Assembly: GCF_964355755.1 (NCBI RefSeq)
Contig: NC_092674.1
Location: 16,244,001-16,308,000 of the forward strand
Length of the DNA stretch: 64,000 nucleotides
Reading direction: 5' to 3'
Origin: Antedon mediterranea
Taxonomy: Eukaryota; Animalia; Echinodermata
Of this stretch, positions 13,728 to 26,895 are shown piece after piece; the first letter of the stretch is position 1, and every line of letters starts with the position of its first letter. Position numbers and translations under genes: made by a program. A model generated the notes under the pieces. The model was not told where the DNA came from. It did no database searches and saw nothing but the letters and a program-made list of their open reading frames with translations.

Positions 13728-14636
13728 TTAATAAAAACATCAACAAAATACTGGAAATACAAAACTAGAACCATAAACAGTTGTATAGACATGGTATACA
13801 GATATATTGTTTAATTTTTAACATTTTGTTATTAAAACCAGTTTTTGTTTCTTCTTTATACTGTGTGAACTCTTCAATCAAGGACTGTTCTCCCATAGGG
13901 CACAGTAGCCTACTCACAGTGGCCGAGTGTGAACTAGTACACTGGGGTAACCCCCTACTCGTCTCCAAAGTGCACACAAGCATTTTGTGTACATTGGACC
14001 TACAGTTTACAGTCCTTAACCGCACAAGACGACGGGAAGAAATATATTAAATATTAAAATATTTTCTGCTATCAATTTGATATGTAAGCCAATACAAAGC
14101 CTGCATTAAACTATAGAGAATAGAAAACTATTCAGTAATAGAGGGGGTATTTTGGGGGCGGGGGGCAGAGGTCACACGACACCATGACATCATCTCTAAA
14201 TGAAGGGGTCACATACATTACAGAAAATATACTAAATGTCTGTTGATTTAGTAGCACTGATCTCAATGGTAGCATATTAGGCCTACAAATGAAACATATT
14301 AAAATAATTATAAGCTAAAATAATTATGTATTTTGTATACAGTAAATGATATTAAAATATATTTTAAGATAACTAAAACTAATGTTATCAATATGCTTTT
14401 TGTAAATTCATATTCAACACCATTATGAAACATGTTAATGTTATTAATAATCATTGATCAAACTGTTATATACTGTATATTAAATGTTCATACAGTACAC
14501 TCCAACAACTCCAGGACCAAACAAAAGTTTACCCTTAATACGGCCGTTATGTTAGCACACATATTGCTCCTAGTTCATTTTATTGGGAAATTATCCCCTA
14601 AATAGGGGGTGTTACAAAGATTATTTTAAGCCGTTA

Positions 14637-15670
14637 ATGTTACTTTATGAGATATGAGTTCAGTATGTTACCCTTTATGAGATAGGAGTTCAGTAGGCCT
14701 ATGTTACCCTTTATGAGATAGGAGTTCAGTATGTCACCCATTATGAGATAGGAGTTCAGTATGTTACCCTTTATGAGATAGGAGTTCAGTATGTTACCTT
14801 TTATGAGATAGGAGTTCAGTATGTTACCCTTTATGAGATAGGAGTTCAGTATGTTACCCTTTATGGGATAGGAGTTCAGTATGTTACCCTTTATGGGATA
14901 GGAGTTCAGTATGTTACCTTTTATGAGATAGGAGTTCAGTATGTTACCCATATGAGATAGGAGTTCAGTATGTTACCTTTTATGAGATAGGAGTTCAGTA
15001 TGTTACCCTTTATGAGATAGGAGTTCAGTATGTTACCCATATGAGATAGGAGTTCAGTATGTTACCCTTTATGAGATATGAGTTCAGTATGTTACCCTTT
15101 ATGAGATAGGAGTTCAGTATGTTACCCTTTATGAGATAGGAGTTCAGTATGTTACCCATGAGATAGGAGTTCAGTATGTTACCCTTTATGAGATAGGAGT
15201 TCAGTATGTTACCCATTATGAGATAGGCGTTCAGTATGTTACCCTTTATGGGATAGGCGTTCAGTATGTTACCCTTTATGAGATAGGAGTTTAGTATGTT
15301 ACTCTTTATGAGATAGGAGTTCAGTATGTTACCCTTTATGAGATAGGAGTTCAGTATGTTACCCTTTATGAGATAGGAGTTCAGTATGTTACCCTTTATG
15401 AGATAGGAGTTCAGTATGTTACCCATGAGATAGGAGTTCAGTATGTTACCCTTTATGAGATAGGAGTTCAGTATGTTATCCTTTATGAGATAGGAGTTCA
15501 GTATGTTACCCTTTATGAGATAGGAGTTCAGTATGTTACCCTTTATGAGATAGGAGTTCAGTATGTTACCTTTTATGAGATAGGAGTTCAGTATGTTACC
15601 CTTTATGAGATAGGAGTTCAGTATGTTACCCTTTATGAGATAGGAGTTCAGTATGTTACCAGTATGTTAT
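14637..15670. repeat. 30-bp minisatellite, ~34 copies
   Basis: Unit atgttaccctttatgagataggagttcagt, with occasional 1-3-bp deletion variants. Confidence 0.97.
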
Positions 15671-16587
15671 ACTTTATTGGATAGAGTGCTATACCAAAGC
15701 CAGTATAGTGAATTAATTATAAACCAACTACAATACCCAACCAGTTGTCATGATTAAACTACAGTAAATACATTGATGATGATGTGATGTTTTCTATTCT
15801 ATCTGATTCCATTAATATGAATTCTTCACCGTGACGTTATTAAAACTAATAAATCTCGTACATCATGCATGCCGAAAAAACGAAACTTTATAATTTTTCA
15901 AAACCTGAAGATGAGTAAGAGGTCCGTATAAAGAGTGGGCATATGTTTATACGTAGTGATAACAGATGTAAGGTATACTAAATTACAAGAAGAACATAAA
16001 GAAAAATAATAATATTGAAACATGCATTTGTATAGAGTTTATAGTACTGTACATACAAAAATATAATTTGTTAGTGCTAAGTTTAATGTCATGGTTTATT
16101 TTATATTTCTATTTTTGTGCCTGTGAGAATTTGAATTAAATTTAAAATAAATAAATAAAACTAAATGGTGCAAGTTGTACATAAAAGTTGTTTCTAGTAT
16201 GTTGCTACAAATTAAGAAATAATATAATTATTTTTTTGTTTAGCAATCATTGTATTTGACTACTGTAATTAGTTGCATCCAATAATGTTTTCAGCTTTCT
16301 GTGGTGGGGCCTTGTGGGATATAGTAATTGCCTAATATGGAAATAAGTTTATCCAAATGGTATATTGTGTTTATAAATAGACAATTACGGCGATACGGGT
16401 TATCCAAAAATGATACTGGTTTTTTTAATTAGCCAAATATGGTAATAATGTTGATAATTAAATCCTACTCAGAATTTCACTGAACAAAATACTTTTACAG
16501 TATTTCTGATTTTTTTGTAATGTAAAAATTATAATAATTAACACGTTGATTTCAAATGTAACATGCTTATTGACACAAAATGGTACA

Positions 16588-16921
16588 AGTTCGTAAAAGT
16601 CAGTTACTTATTCGCCGTAGAGGGCCTAGATACAAAAAAGTTCGCGGAACTAAGGTGGCATAATTATGGTAAAGTAGGTCAAGGATTATCGATTCATACC
16701 AAAATATTTTGAAAAAATTAAGTAGGTCAAGTGTTATAATGTTCGTAAAAGTCAGTTACTTATTCGCCGTAGAGGGCGTAGATGCAAAAATGTTCACGGA
16801 ACTACGGTGGCAAATGGTAAAGTAGGTCAAGGGTCGTCGATCCATACCAAAATATTTTGAAAAAATTAAGTAGGTCAAGTGTTATAACGTTCGTAAAGCC
16901 AGGTACTTATTCGCCGTAGAT
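16588..16921. repeat. ~153-bp tandem duplication (2+ copies)
   Basis: gttcgtaaaagtcagttacttattcgccgtaga recurs at ~16589, 16741 and ~16889. Confidence 0.8.
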
Positions 16922-18060
16922 AAATCTGTTTTTTTATTTAAATATTTGTGACTGTCCCTTTTTGATTGAGGAATTGAATAAGGAACTAGGAACTAGTAAC
17001 CAACTTCACAGACATGCAATGACGTTCCTCGCGAAATCAAGCTATTTGCATTAAACCTTATGGAAAAACGATCAACTTAACATGTTTAATATAACTATCA
17101 AGAACGAAGTGTAGTCCAACTATCAATACATCATAGCGATCTTATCTTACACATACTTTGACTTACATAAATGCATCGGATGATCTAATTCCTCACGTAA
17201 ACTTGATTACATACGTTTAATGAAAACATGAACATGCTGGCGCTGTTTACCCACAACAAGGACGGCGCGCGTGCACAACTGCTGCACGTTATGCCAAGGT
17301 TGTCACGATGTTCTATCAACATCTTATTTTACGAATATCTCGAACATTAATTTAAACTATTAACTATATCAATCAAATCAGTAGTATAACTAGAACATTA
17401 CTACTTATACAATTATAATCAACTAGATGGTACGCGAGCGTACCAGCTAGGTCGTGCCCACGATCTGATGGTTCTCGAATACATAGTAATTTCAGTGTAA
17501 AAAACTAGCGATTTCAAATGTACGTAATAAACAGACACGGTGATTTATGTAGCCAACTAAAATTAATACCCTGGGAATTACTTGAGTAAACAAACCCAAT
17601 TTGTGTTTTGTATGTAACATTAGGGTTGAGGGATGGTAAGAGGTTTGGTGCAAAGAGGAACTAAATATATTCTTTATCCGTAACGACATATTTGTTTTTA
17701 TGTTTTATAAATAATAAACCACTAAACATTATCAGGTGGTTAAAATCAGTACCGAAAGTACGAACCAACTTTATTTACCATCGAGTAAAAATTCCAGAAG
17801 TAAGGTACGATTTAACGAATTTTGCCCTTACGTAAATTTATATATAGATGAACTTCATTAAACATAACAAATACTACATAGATTTCTTCACTTCGAAATC
17901 TGCAAACATCCTCGCAATAACAGCTGCGTTACCTCTTAACCTCCTTTGCCGTTACATAGGCTTTATAACTACATTGCAAAGAACTTATAACGCTTTTAAG
18001 TTCTTAGCTACAATTATAATATATCTTTCTAAAAGTGTAGGCCCTATGTTCATTCCTGCT

Positions 18061-18366
18061 TTTTACTCGGGGTACCCGAGTCTAGGACTTACTCATTTTC
18101 TCCTTCTCCTCCATCTGGACACTATTGAGTAAAAAGTGCGATTTTCAAAGTACTACTCCTCCCTTATTCGTTGTAGTATTGAGCTGGGATTTCGCATGAA
18201 TATACTAAAGGCACATGTCCTCAAAGCTATAGAGCCGGATTTTTCATTTTCAAACCAGATGCAGCCATAAGACGTCTCGAAGATGGTACCATATAGCCGT
18301 ATTTGGTAGGTTATTGATGTGTATGTGACATTTGCTGTACACCGAGTATCGCACATTCGTGCTTAT
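18061..18366 (+). mobile_element. Small Helentron/HINE-like element (family D), copy 1, with a mutated 3' inverted repeat
   Basis: 5' hairpin tactcggggtacccgagt. 3' gtacaccgagta plus hairpin gcacattcgtgc. The body matches 19295-19637. Confidence 0.65.
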
Positions 18367-18437
18367 TTGTTAATTAATTTGTTTAATTAAAAAGCCACAA
18401 TGTGTGACACACACCACAGCGTTATGTAGTTATATGC

Positions 18438-18509
18438 GGCTTCTTGGCGTAGTGGTTATCACGTTTGCTTAACACGCAGAAGGTACCTGGTTCGAGCCCG
18501 GGCGAAACC
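18438..18509 (+). tRNA. Degenerate tRNA-Val(AAC) copy (pseudo-tRNA)
   Basis: ggcttcttggcgtagtggttatcacgtttgctt-AAC-acgcagaaggtacctggttcgagcccgggcgaaacc plus a T run. The acceptor stem has mismatches. Confidence 0.65.
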
Positions 18510-18727
18510 TTTTTTTAAAACTTTATGGTGAAAAGTACTGTATACGCAATATGATAATAATTATACACAGTATATCTTATTTTTATTATTTTTTAAAATA
18601 CTTATTTTGCGTAATCGGTAATTATCACTTTTACACATGTTTATTTTGCTTTGTGCTTATTACCATATTTATTTGTAATTTAAATGGATTAAAAAACTTT
18701 CTGTAACCCACATTTTTAGTGTAAGTA

Positions 18728-18799
18728 GGTTTCGTAGTGTAGTGGTTGTCAAGTCTGCTTAACACGCAGAAGGAACCGGTTCGAGCCCTGGCGAAACCT
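18728..18799 (+). tRNA. Degenerate tRNA-Val(AAC) copy (pseudo-tRNA)
   Basis: ggtttcgtagtgtagtggttgtcaagtctgctt-AAC-acgcagaaggaaccggttcgagccctggcgaaacc. D and T stems are disrupted. It shares its downstream flank (actttatggtgaaa) with the first copy. Confidence 0.6.
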
Positions 18800-19294
18800 A
18801 TTTTTCTTTAACTTTATGGTGAAATAACTGTATACTGTGTCTGTATACAGCTTCTTTCGCTGTACCCCGAGTATTGCACATTCGTGCTTGTTTTTTCTGT
18901 CATTCCTAGTGTGTACAAAATCGGCGTATCGGCAACTATGCCACCTGTATTTTAACAATAGGAATGCTAATTATTTGTTTAGGTGACTATAACCTTATGT
19001 TACGTTTTTATTCTAGGTATACTCTAGCATTATTACCATTAAAGAGGTGAGTCGATAGGGTAGGATTAAGTACAAGAAAAGCCATTTGGTCGTGGATTAC
19101 TTCAGTTCACTTCCATTTGTAATAACATTTATATTATATGATAATTTATGTAGGCTATATAACTGTATTGTATATCTTCTAAAAATTGAAGTGTAGGCTC
19201 TACGTTTATTCGTTTTTCTTGCGTGCAAACGTACATCAGCTATGCCACCTGTAACAATGGGAATGCGAATCATTACTATAACCTTATGCTACGT

Positions 19295-19637
19295 TTTTAC
19301 TCGGGGTACCCGAGTCTAGGATTTTCTCCTCCTCTTCTTCCTCCATCTGGACACTATTGAGTAAAAAGTGCGATTTTTAAAGTACTACTCCTTCCTTATT
19401 CGTTGTAGTATTGAGCTGGGATTTGGCATGAATATGTTACAGGGACATGTCCTCAAAGCTATAGAGACGGATTTTAAAATTTCAAACCGGATGCAGCTAT
19501 TTTACGTCTCGAAGATGGTACCGTATAGCCGTATTTGGTAGCGAGGTTATTGATGTGTATGTGACGTTACATCCGGTCTAATGACGTCATTACAGCTTCC
19601 TTTTCTGTACCCCGAGTATCGCACATTCGTGCTTGTT
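19295..19637 (+). mobile_element. Small Helentron/HINE-like element (family D), complete copy
   Basis: 5' tactcggggtac is the exact reverse complement of subterminal gtaccccgagta (~19607). This is followed by hairpin gcacattcgtgc. T-rich insertion site and a (ctc/ctt)n tract after the head. Confidence 0.7.
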
Positions 19638-21019
19638 ATATTCTAGGCGTACTCTAGCCATGGAGGTAAGTTAATACAACTTTGGAACCAGAAATTTCGA
19701 TACCTTACTTTCAACAATTTTCTGGAGTGGACAGTATACATATTGGCTGTGTATTGTCCCATGGAGGTAAAAAATAAATTATTTTGTACCTCCATGCTCT
19801 AGCCCTGTCCGTCCCTACACAATCCCATGTTATACTAGACTTGCCCCAAGTCTGTATTTATTGTCTTTTTTTATATTTATTTGTTTTTATTTCGACCGCG
19901 ATTTTTCTCTGAAAATACAGACTTGTGAAACACGTATAGAAATCGATTTGCAGACCGCAAACATCCGATAAGAATGACGTAGGTTATCATACCGTATTTG
20001 GCTATATGGGGCGGGCGGTATGTAAATATGGATTTCGAATCAACCAATGATCATTTTGTTTCAAAATGAAAAAGATAGAGTACGTACAGTGCTGAATGTA
20101 CGATCGAGACTGAACAACTGTTGAAATATAAAATCGTGTTGCCAAGTTGTTTTGTTTATTAATTGTTTAGTCCTGGCGCCCTAGGCCTCCGATCCTTCGT
20201 AGGGATACTCAACTCGTACGTATGACCTGCCAAATAGAACGCCAATAAGGTACATACCAACACCGACCGGCACACAACAGGGCTACACCGGCACACAACA
20301 GGGCTACACCACCACAAAGAACAGGACAGGGTATGGATGGGTGGGAAATAAATTAAATTATCTCCGCATAATAAATGATCCATTCAATGTTTGATTTGCG
20401 GAGAAGCTAGCCTATCATATCAAGACGAGTTTTCATGTTCTTGGGAAAAATCCCATCAAATATTTACCAGACTACTAGGCATATAAAATCATTTCTAGCT
20501 TTCAGAAACTTTCATCAATGTACCCAAGTACACATTGTCTAAACGTAATATAGCGCATGCGCATCGTCTTAGATGTTGAGTCTTTGAAATTCTGAAATAT
20601 GAATATTAAAACAGTGTACGAGTGAGTAGCCAATCGCATGCAGCTGAAACGAGTCAACCGGATAATCGTATGCACCAAGAATTCTTGGTGTCAAACCACG
20701 TGACTTGTGCGTGTTTCCCCAGACGGAGTATCCAAACTCAAGTAATACATGTATGAAACGCCATATGTGCAAAAATATTTATATTTTTACTAATATTAAG
20801 ACAAAACTCCGTCTGGAGCCCAGACTAATGTTATACCTGAGGTTTGAACGTAGTATTCTTCATTATTATACTAATCCGCCGAATAATTACCAGCTTATAC
20901 AGAAGCTTAATTTTTATTACGGCTACCCTTTGACGCCTCTCATTGTTTACTCTGGATTTTCTAATTTGTATTCAAAATGTATGCATTTTACTTTGAAGTG
21001 CTTACATCGGTTTACATTA

Positions 21020-21191
21020 GGGATACTGTACCTACAATTCCCATTGTATCATGCGGGATACTGTACCTACAATTTCCATTGTATCATGCGGGATACTGTA
21101 CCTACAATTCCCATTGTATCATGAAGGATACTGTACCTACAATTCCCATTGTATCATGCGGGATACTGTACCTACAATTCCCATTGTATCA
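21020..21191. repeat. 35-bp tandem repeat, 5 copies
   Basis: Unit gggatactgtacctacaattcccattgtatcatgc. Confidence 0.95.
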
Positions 21192-21744
21192 ACGTATTCG
21201 AGATTGTCAACGTTACACCAACCTGAGTCTGCTAATTTCCAGTTTATTGATCAGTATAGTAACGTAATTGTTATAAAACGTCACACGCCTTAACAGTTTG
21301 TCCCCATATACTGTAGCTTATGTTGTCTTCAATTTTTGTCTCCAATCCAAGTACACTTTTGTAATGAAAGTCCTACAGTTAAGTGTTAATGTATAGCCCA
21401 TGATGGAGTAATGTATAGTTCTTCCATAAGCTTCCTAACTACATGAATACAGTCAAGATAAAAGCGTCAAATTTATATCTTATTTGTTTTGTGTAGGCCC
21501 TATTTGCATTGTATTTCAGTAATAAACGGCTACTAACATAAGGGCCTGTTTCTATTGAAAAATAAAAAAAGAACGGTTTTCTTGGAAACCGGTTTCGGCA
21601 GTTGTTTTCGTAGGGTCTTCCTTGGCTTTTGCGCGCGCGCGCGGTCATTTTCTCTGCATGGTCTTAGCTTTAGAAACCCATCATTAGAGGGCGACATCAA
21701 AAACAATGATACAAAATTTGTTTTCAGGTATTTAGATTTTGTTA

Positions 21745-22720
21745 TTGGTTATCCGCACTTGGCGGATAACCCCTTGTTATTGTCAGGATCTTTTTTTTTT
21801 TGGTTATCCGCACTTTCTCCCATATTTTGATATTTGATAGATCAATCAATTATCTTTCGCATGATTTACCATTTTAAAATGTTTTATTACGCCATCATAC
21901 GCAAAAACGTGAATAACTTGGGTCACTTATTTTCATCATTCCAATAAATTTTAATTTGTTATAGCTCCTCAGAATGAAAAGTGATTAAAACGTTTTCTGG
22001 AAGCTGTTGAATTGTAGATACGAATTCATGTACAATGAATTATGCGCATCGGATGTTGTGACGTCATCATATTGCTAGTTCAATTATATAAGTCGTAATT
22101 TCATATTTTGCGTCATATGACATTTAAAAGAACGCGCTCTCATATTCTACGTATCCTAATTTCTTCAAGACGTTGATATGTTGTTGCTCAGATAATTTCC
22201 TTCCAAAATTGCTATCTACGTGTTTCATTTTAATGACGTCATCATGTTAAAAATTGGATTAAAAGATGGTTCATCTATGCTACACTGTATAACATATAAT
22301 GTATCTTTAAATACTGTTATAATACCGCAATGATATAGGTACAATTCAGCATAGACTTGCCCCAAGTCTTTTTTTTATTTATTTGTTTTTATTTCGATTT
22401 TTGTCTGCAAAAAATATCCAAAATCAAGTAGTATACGTATGAAACGCCACATGTGCCAAAATATTTATCTTTTTACTAATATTAAGACAAAACTCCGTCT
22501 GGAACCCAGACTAAATTCAGCACTATAAACATATGTAACTCATGTCTTAGGATGGCATAATAATTGTCGGCCTTCATATAGTATTTGCATGTTGCGTGTC
22601 CGCTGATAACCCGAACTCGTCAAAGTGACGAGTTCAAATCTAGTTCTTATTCTCCTTTCTTTCCACGAATTTTGTTGCGCGTGTATCTCTAAATCTTCTC
22701 AACATAACATTTTTTTTGTG
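21745..22720 (+). mobile_element. Older nested pair of the same Helitron/Helentron-like superfamily as the 37-61 kb stack
   Basis: Head ttggttatccgcacttggcggataacc at 21745, and a second head in its T-tract at 21800. The body is homologous to the stack bodies. 3' end gataacccgaactcgtcaaagtgacgagttcaaatCTAG at 22643, after which an outer-body-like start ttcttattctcctttc resumes. Confidence 0.75.
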
Positions 22721-24319
22721 TCTTGTGTGGGTTCGTCCCACTTTTATTATAGTTCTCTGTTATAAATATAATAATATATATATACTGTATGCACATTTAT
22801 ATATTTCTCTTATTTATAAGGTACATTGCTAAAAAAATACATATCTTTTAAACAGTATATACATAGGCTAAGATTATTTTGATGTTAAAAAGAAACCACA
22901 TTTACATTCATATACATTTTTAAAAATACAATTAGTTAAAATATGTCGATGGCAATAAAATGACGATAAAAATTGATTTAAAAAAAACGTACTTATGAAA
23001 AAGTAATTATTATTGTTTTATTCTGTTCGTGTCCGTGTCTGGGTAGAGAGGCTATAAACTCAGGGCAAGAATATAAAGTATCTTCCCTTTTCACCAAGAC
23101 AAAAATGGATGAGATGAAAACGAAGAATGCAAAAGCTTGAAAAAAGGGTGTTTAGAATGGATAGGATGGAATGATATATATATAATGAAAACCGTAAGGT
23201 TAGAGTCTATACAAAGTCTCAACATAACATTGTATAACTTTATCAGAAGATTGGCCTCTATCTGAAGATGTCGTAATTAGGTTTCCGGTCCCGTCCGTGT
23301 TGCGCAGTGTAACATACGCATGATTATACGATGCGTTTTTTTTTATTAGAGGGCTTAAATGCAAATTAATAAAATATTCAAGGTATAGGCAAGTTATTTT
23401 GCAATTCTTAACATGGGGCGACATTAAAAATATATAGATACAAATTTGTTTTTGGTATTTAGATTTTTTTGTTTATGGTTGTTTTCATGGTTTTTTTTTC
23501 AGTTTTTGTCGGTAATTAGACTGACCCAAAAATACAGTTCAATAATTATATGATTTGTGGGCCGGAGATTCAAATTCAATACATAAGTTCGGCACAATTG
23601 CTGTACTTTTGCACATAACTTGAAACCGCTGCTGCAAATAAAGATTACCACCGCGCAATGCCGAGAGGGTGAATGTTTTTAATTGGGTTGAGATTGAGTT
23701 GCGAACAGTACCGCCCAATATTATCATGTTGCAAAAAGAAGACAAATGTTAAGTATTACGTGAGTTGACGACTACCATATGCGGTTGTGGTATCATATGT
23801 TCTTCCATACCGCATAGTCAAAATGAGCGAAATAAATATTTCATCAGCGGCACACTAATGATGAATTTGGTGTATGGACTGAACGTCATCGTTATGCACC
23901 ATTATTTGGACAAGACTGCTAATTAGTAAAAATGTTATGTAAGTATTTCTCTATCGCCTCTTGATGTTTACCTATGTCTGGCTGGTTAAGGCAGCTATGG
24001 CCAAATTTGTATTATTTTTCTTTTATATTAGATTAAAGATCCATCAAAATAAACCCATTTATTCACCTAGTTAATAAATATTTTGCATTATTCTGTAAAA
24101 TCAGGAGTTCGTTAGTTAGCTGGAAAGCGGAATCAAAAGTGTTCCAGTTTATCTTCCTGTAAGAGCATAGAGCCATGCTGTACAGTATAAAGTAAGGTAT
24201 TACAGAGTTTATGGAAATAGCATAATGAAATTCAATGTCTAATGCTGTCATGCATTGCTAACATTTACAAAGATTCTGATATCTTATATATAAAAGAGAA
24301 GTAGTACAGTAGCAGGAAA

Positions 24320-26895
24320 ATGGAAGATGGCAACTTCCGTATACGAGATGCAAGACCGGAGGATTGCGCTGCGATAATGAAGATGATTGTGGAATTAGCA
24401 GTGTTTGAAAATTCAGAAGATTAAGTAGAAAACACTACTGAAGGTATACTGCACATTACATTAAAAATGAAATTAAGGAGTAGTGTAGTATAGGTATATT
24501 AAATAGGGTACACTATTGTAACATAGTCATAGTCATATATACTTTATTGTCCATTTAAAAAACAGAAATGTGATTTGAAAACTGGCAAAATACAAAAATA
24601 TAAAATACAATTTACAAGAACACACACAAAAAGTTAAGAGGCTAAAAATTGTTAAAATTAGATAAAAATTATCGGTTACATTTTACCTTTGTACTCTGGA
24701 GTTATATAAGTGTATAGCATTAGGTACAAACGAGCACCTAAACCGTTTTGTTTTGGTATTAAGTGCACGTAGTCTTATGCCAGAATTCATGAGAGCAAAT
24801 TGTTTGTGAAGAGGATGTGTTTCATCATCAATGATACTTTTTACTTTTTTAACACATTTTCTTTATACAAGGATTCAACATCAGGTAAGTGCTCTCCTAC
24901 TAGTCTAATTGCTCTATTTCCTATTCGATTAAGTTTAATTTTATCTTTTTGCATTGTATTACCATAAAAACAAACATTACAAAAAAGTATTACACTGAGA
25001 ATTACAGAGTTATAAAACAATTTAAGTATAGTTTTGTCAAATTGTAGGTACTTCATTTTTCTTAAAATAAACATCCTTTGGTTGGCTTTGCATGTGGCTT
25101 TATTTACATTATTTATCCAATTTAGCTTATTGTCAATTATACAACCCAGATATTTGTACTCATTTACTACTTCAATCTCATTTTCATTTATAATCAGAGG
25201 TTCTAAGGGTTCTTTAATTTTCCTAAAACATTAACATTACTAAAATAAAGCACAAATTACCCATACATGTCCAGTACGGATTAGTGAGGCTTTCATCCCA
25301 GGACCATTTTGGCCCTGGGCATTTTGACCATATTTAGGAAATCTCAAGCCAGTAGCAACCCTAAACGATTTAACAACCAATAGATTTTAATATACTTTTT
25401 TTCATGAAGAAAACAATAACAAACAATAGGCTATTCTACTGAGATTTACAGTACTTTATTCACTTTACATGCACAGTGATTTTACCGCTGGAACTAACCC
25501 ATGGACGATAATTTGATCACTGGATGAACTGCCATTTTATGACTGCTGGGTCTTACGCACGGACTGGTTAACCAACTTATAGTATGACCCTGCTGTAATG
25601 TAAACACTATGAAGATCCAATTTAATATCAACGGCGCAGATCCGTTTTTAATAGTGGGTGGAGGACGTATAAAAATGAAATACTTAGTGAGCAAAGCGAG
25701 CACTATTAGGCTGGGGACCGCCAAAGGCCCCCAGAAGCTGGCTCTTTGAATAATTTTTAGATCGTTTTAATCGATTTTGTGATCACATAAAAATCCCGCC
25801 CGGAAGAATATTATTTTGGGTACACACTTTTTAGGCACTGGTCCTGATGCGCCACTGGTTATATTCACTCAAAATCTATTCTTAATAGATACTGAATTTT
25901 CTGAAATTTCATACGATACGTCATGCATGTCAAAGAAGTCTTACTGTCTATTTCATTTCAACAATTTAATCTGCGCCGGTGTTTAATACTATAAGGTTTG
26001 TGCAAAAAAGTGTACATAATTAAAACTCGCACTTGCACACTTGTCTTCTGAAATGTAGCTTTCCTGTGAGATGTTTATTGAACTTGTTAAAACTCTTGTT
26101 TTTTTTAGGTCTACAGAAGGATATACTTGAACCAGGAAGCATTGTGTCTTGCATAGTAGCGGAATATAAAAGCCCAGAAGTAGAGACATTTGAAGTAATT
26201 GGTTACAGTGTTTTCTTCTATACATACAGTACTTGGAAGGGAAAGGTGGTTTATATGGAAGACCTATATATCATGAAAGAGTTCAGAGGTAAATGACCTA
26301 CTAACTGACCTATGACCTACTTCTAACTGACCTTTAATGTACCTGAATGCATCCAAAGATTTTGATTGGTTTCAATCGGTTAAAATTAAGCTGATGTATT
26401 TCTAACTATGTTATTATTATTTTTCACTGCTGAAACTGAACATTCTTAAAAGTTGAAATCCAACCCAAACCAAAAAAAATGGTTTTGATATTTAAAAAAT
26501 TCTTTCTGTTAATATAAACCAAATTTCAATAAAAAGTCAATTAGCATGTCACAAAAAAAGAAAATATAAATGTTATTCTTTACTTAAATTTTATAGGAAT
26601 AGGTTAAGGACGAATTTTGATGAGAAGGGTTGCTGAGGTAATTATGTCAAAAAAATAACTAAAAAACGTGAATAAATGAATATATTTAATATAAATAATT
26701 TCTAACTCATTATAATTTTTTCAGATTGGTTTAGAGAAAGGTTGCCAGAGAATGCAGTGGGCAGTGCTGGGTTGGAATAAACCAGCAATTAATATGTATA
26801 AAACAATCAACTCAATAGATTTAACAGCAACTGAGGACTGGCATATGTACACAATGTTTAAGCCTCAATTGTTAACATTTGTGACTAATTCTTAA
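24320..26895 (+). pseudogene. SAT2: Spermidine/spermine (diamine/thialysine) N-acetyltransferase, SAT2/SSAT-like GNAT; 4 exons (24320-24443, 26109-26288, 26597-26637, 26725-26895) with two in-frame TAA
   Basis: Spliced translation MEDGNFRIRDARPEDCAAIMKMIVELAVFENSED*VENTTE/GLQKDIL...GYSVFFYTYSTWKGKVVYMEDLYIMKEFR/GIG*GRILMRRVAE/IGLEKGCQRMQWAVLGWNKPAINMYK...DLTATEDWHMY. The YSTWxG, EDLY, RGxG and VLxWN motifs of SSAT are present. GT-AG introns keep phase. Stops are at 24422-24424 and 26605-26607. Confidence 0.85.
24521..25232 (-). mobile_element. 5'-truncated LINE 3' end (CR1-group; Rex1/Babar-like) in SAT intron 1
   Basis: The minus strand encodes an RT thumb/C-terminal region (KYLGCIIDNKLNW...KANQRMFILRKMK...LFYNSVILSVILF...LNRIGNRAIRLVG). 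It ends with aataaa and a (gactat)n tail. Confidence 0.8.

Noticed and set aside
14640-15426. ORFs of (KGNILNSYLI)n resembling LRR/repeat proteins
   Set aside because: A 30-bp minisatellite with frame-breaking deletion units and no splice or start context.
20705-21293. 139-, 96- and 80-aa ORFs
   Set aside because: They are driven by the 35-bp tandem repeat and repeat-derived flanks, with no recognisable motifs.
24422-26607. Alternative genetic code (TAA as sense) explaining the SAT stops
   Set aside because: TAA ends the same ORF at the expected C-terminus. The two positions would need different residues, and no other exon in the window contains an in-frame TAA.
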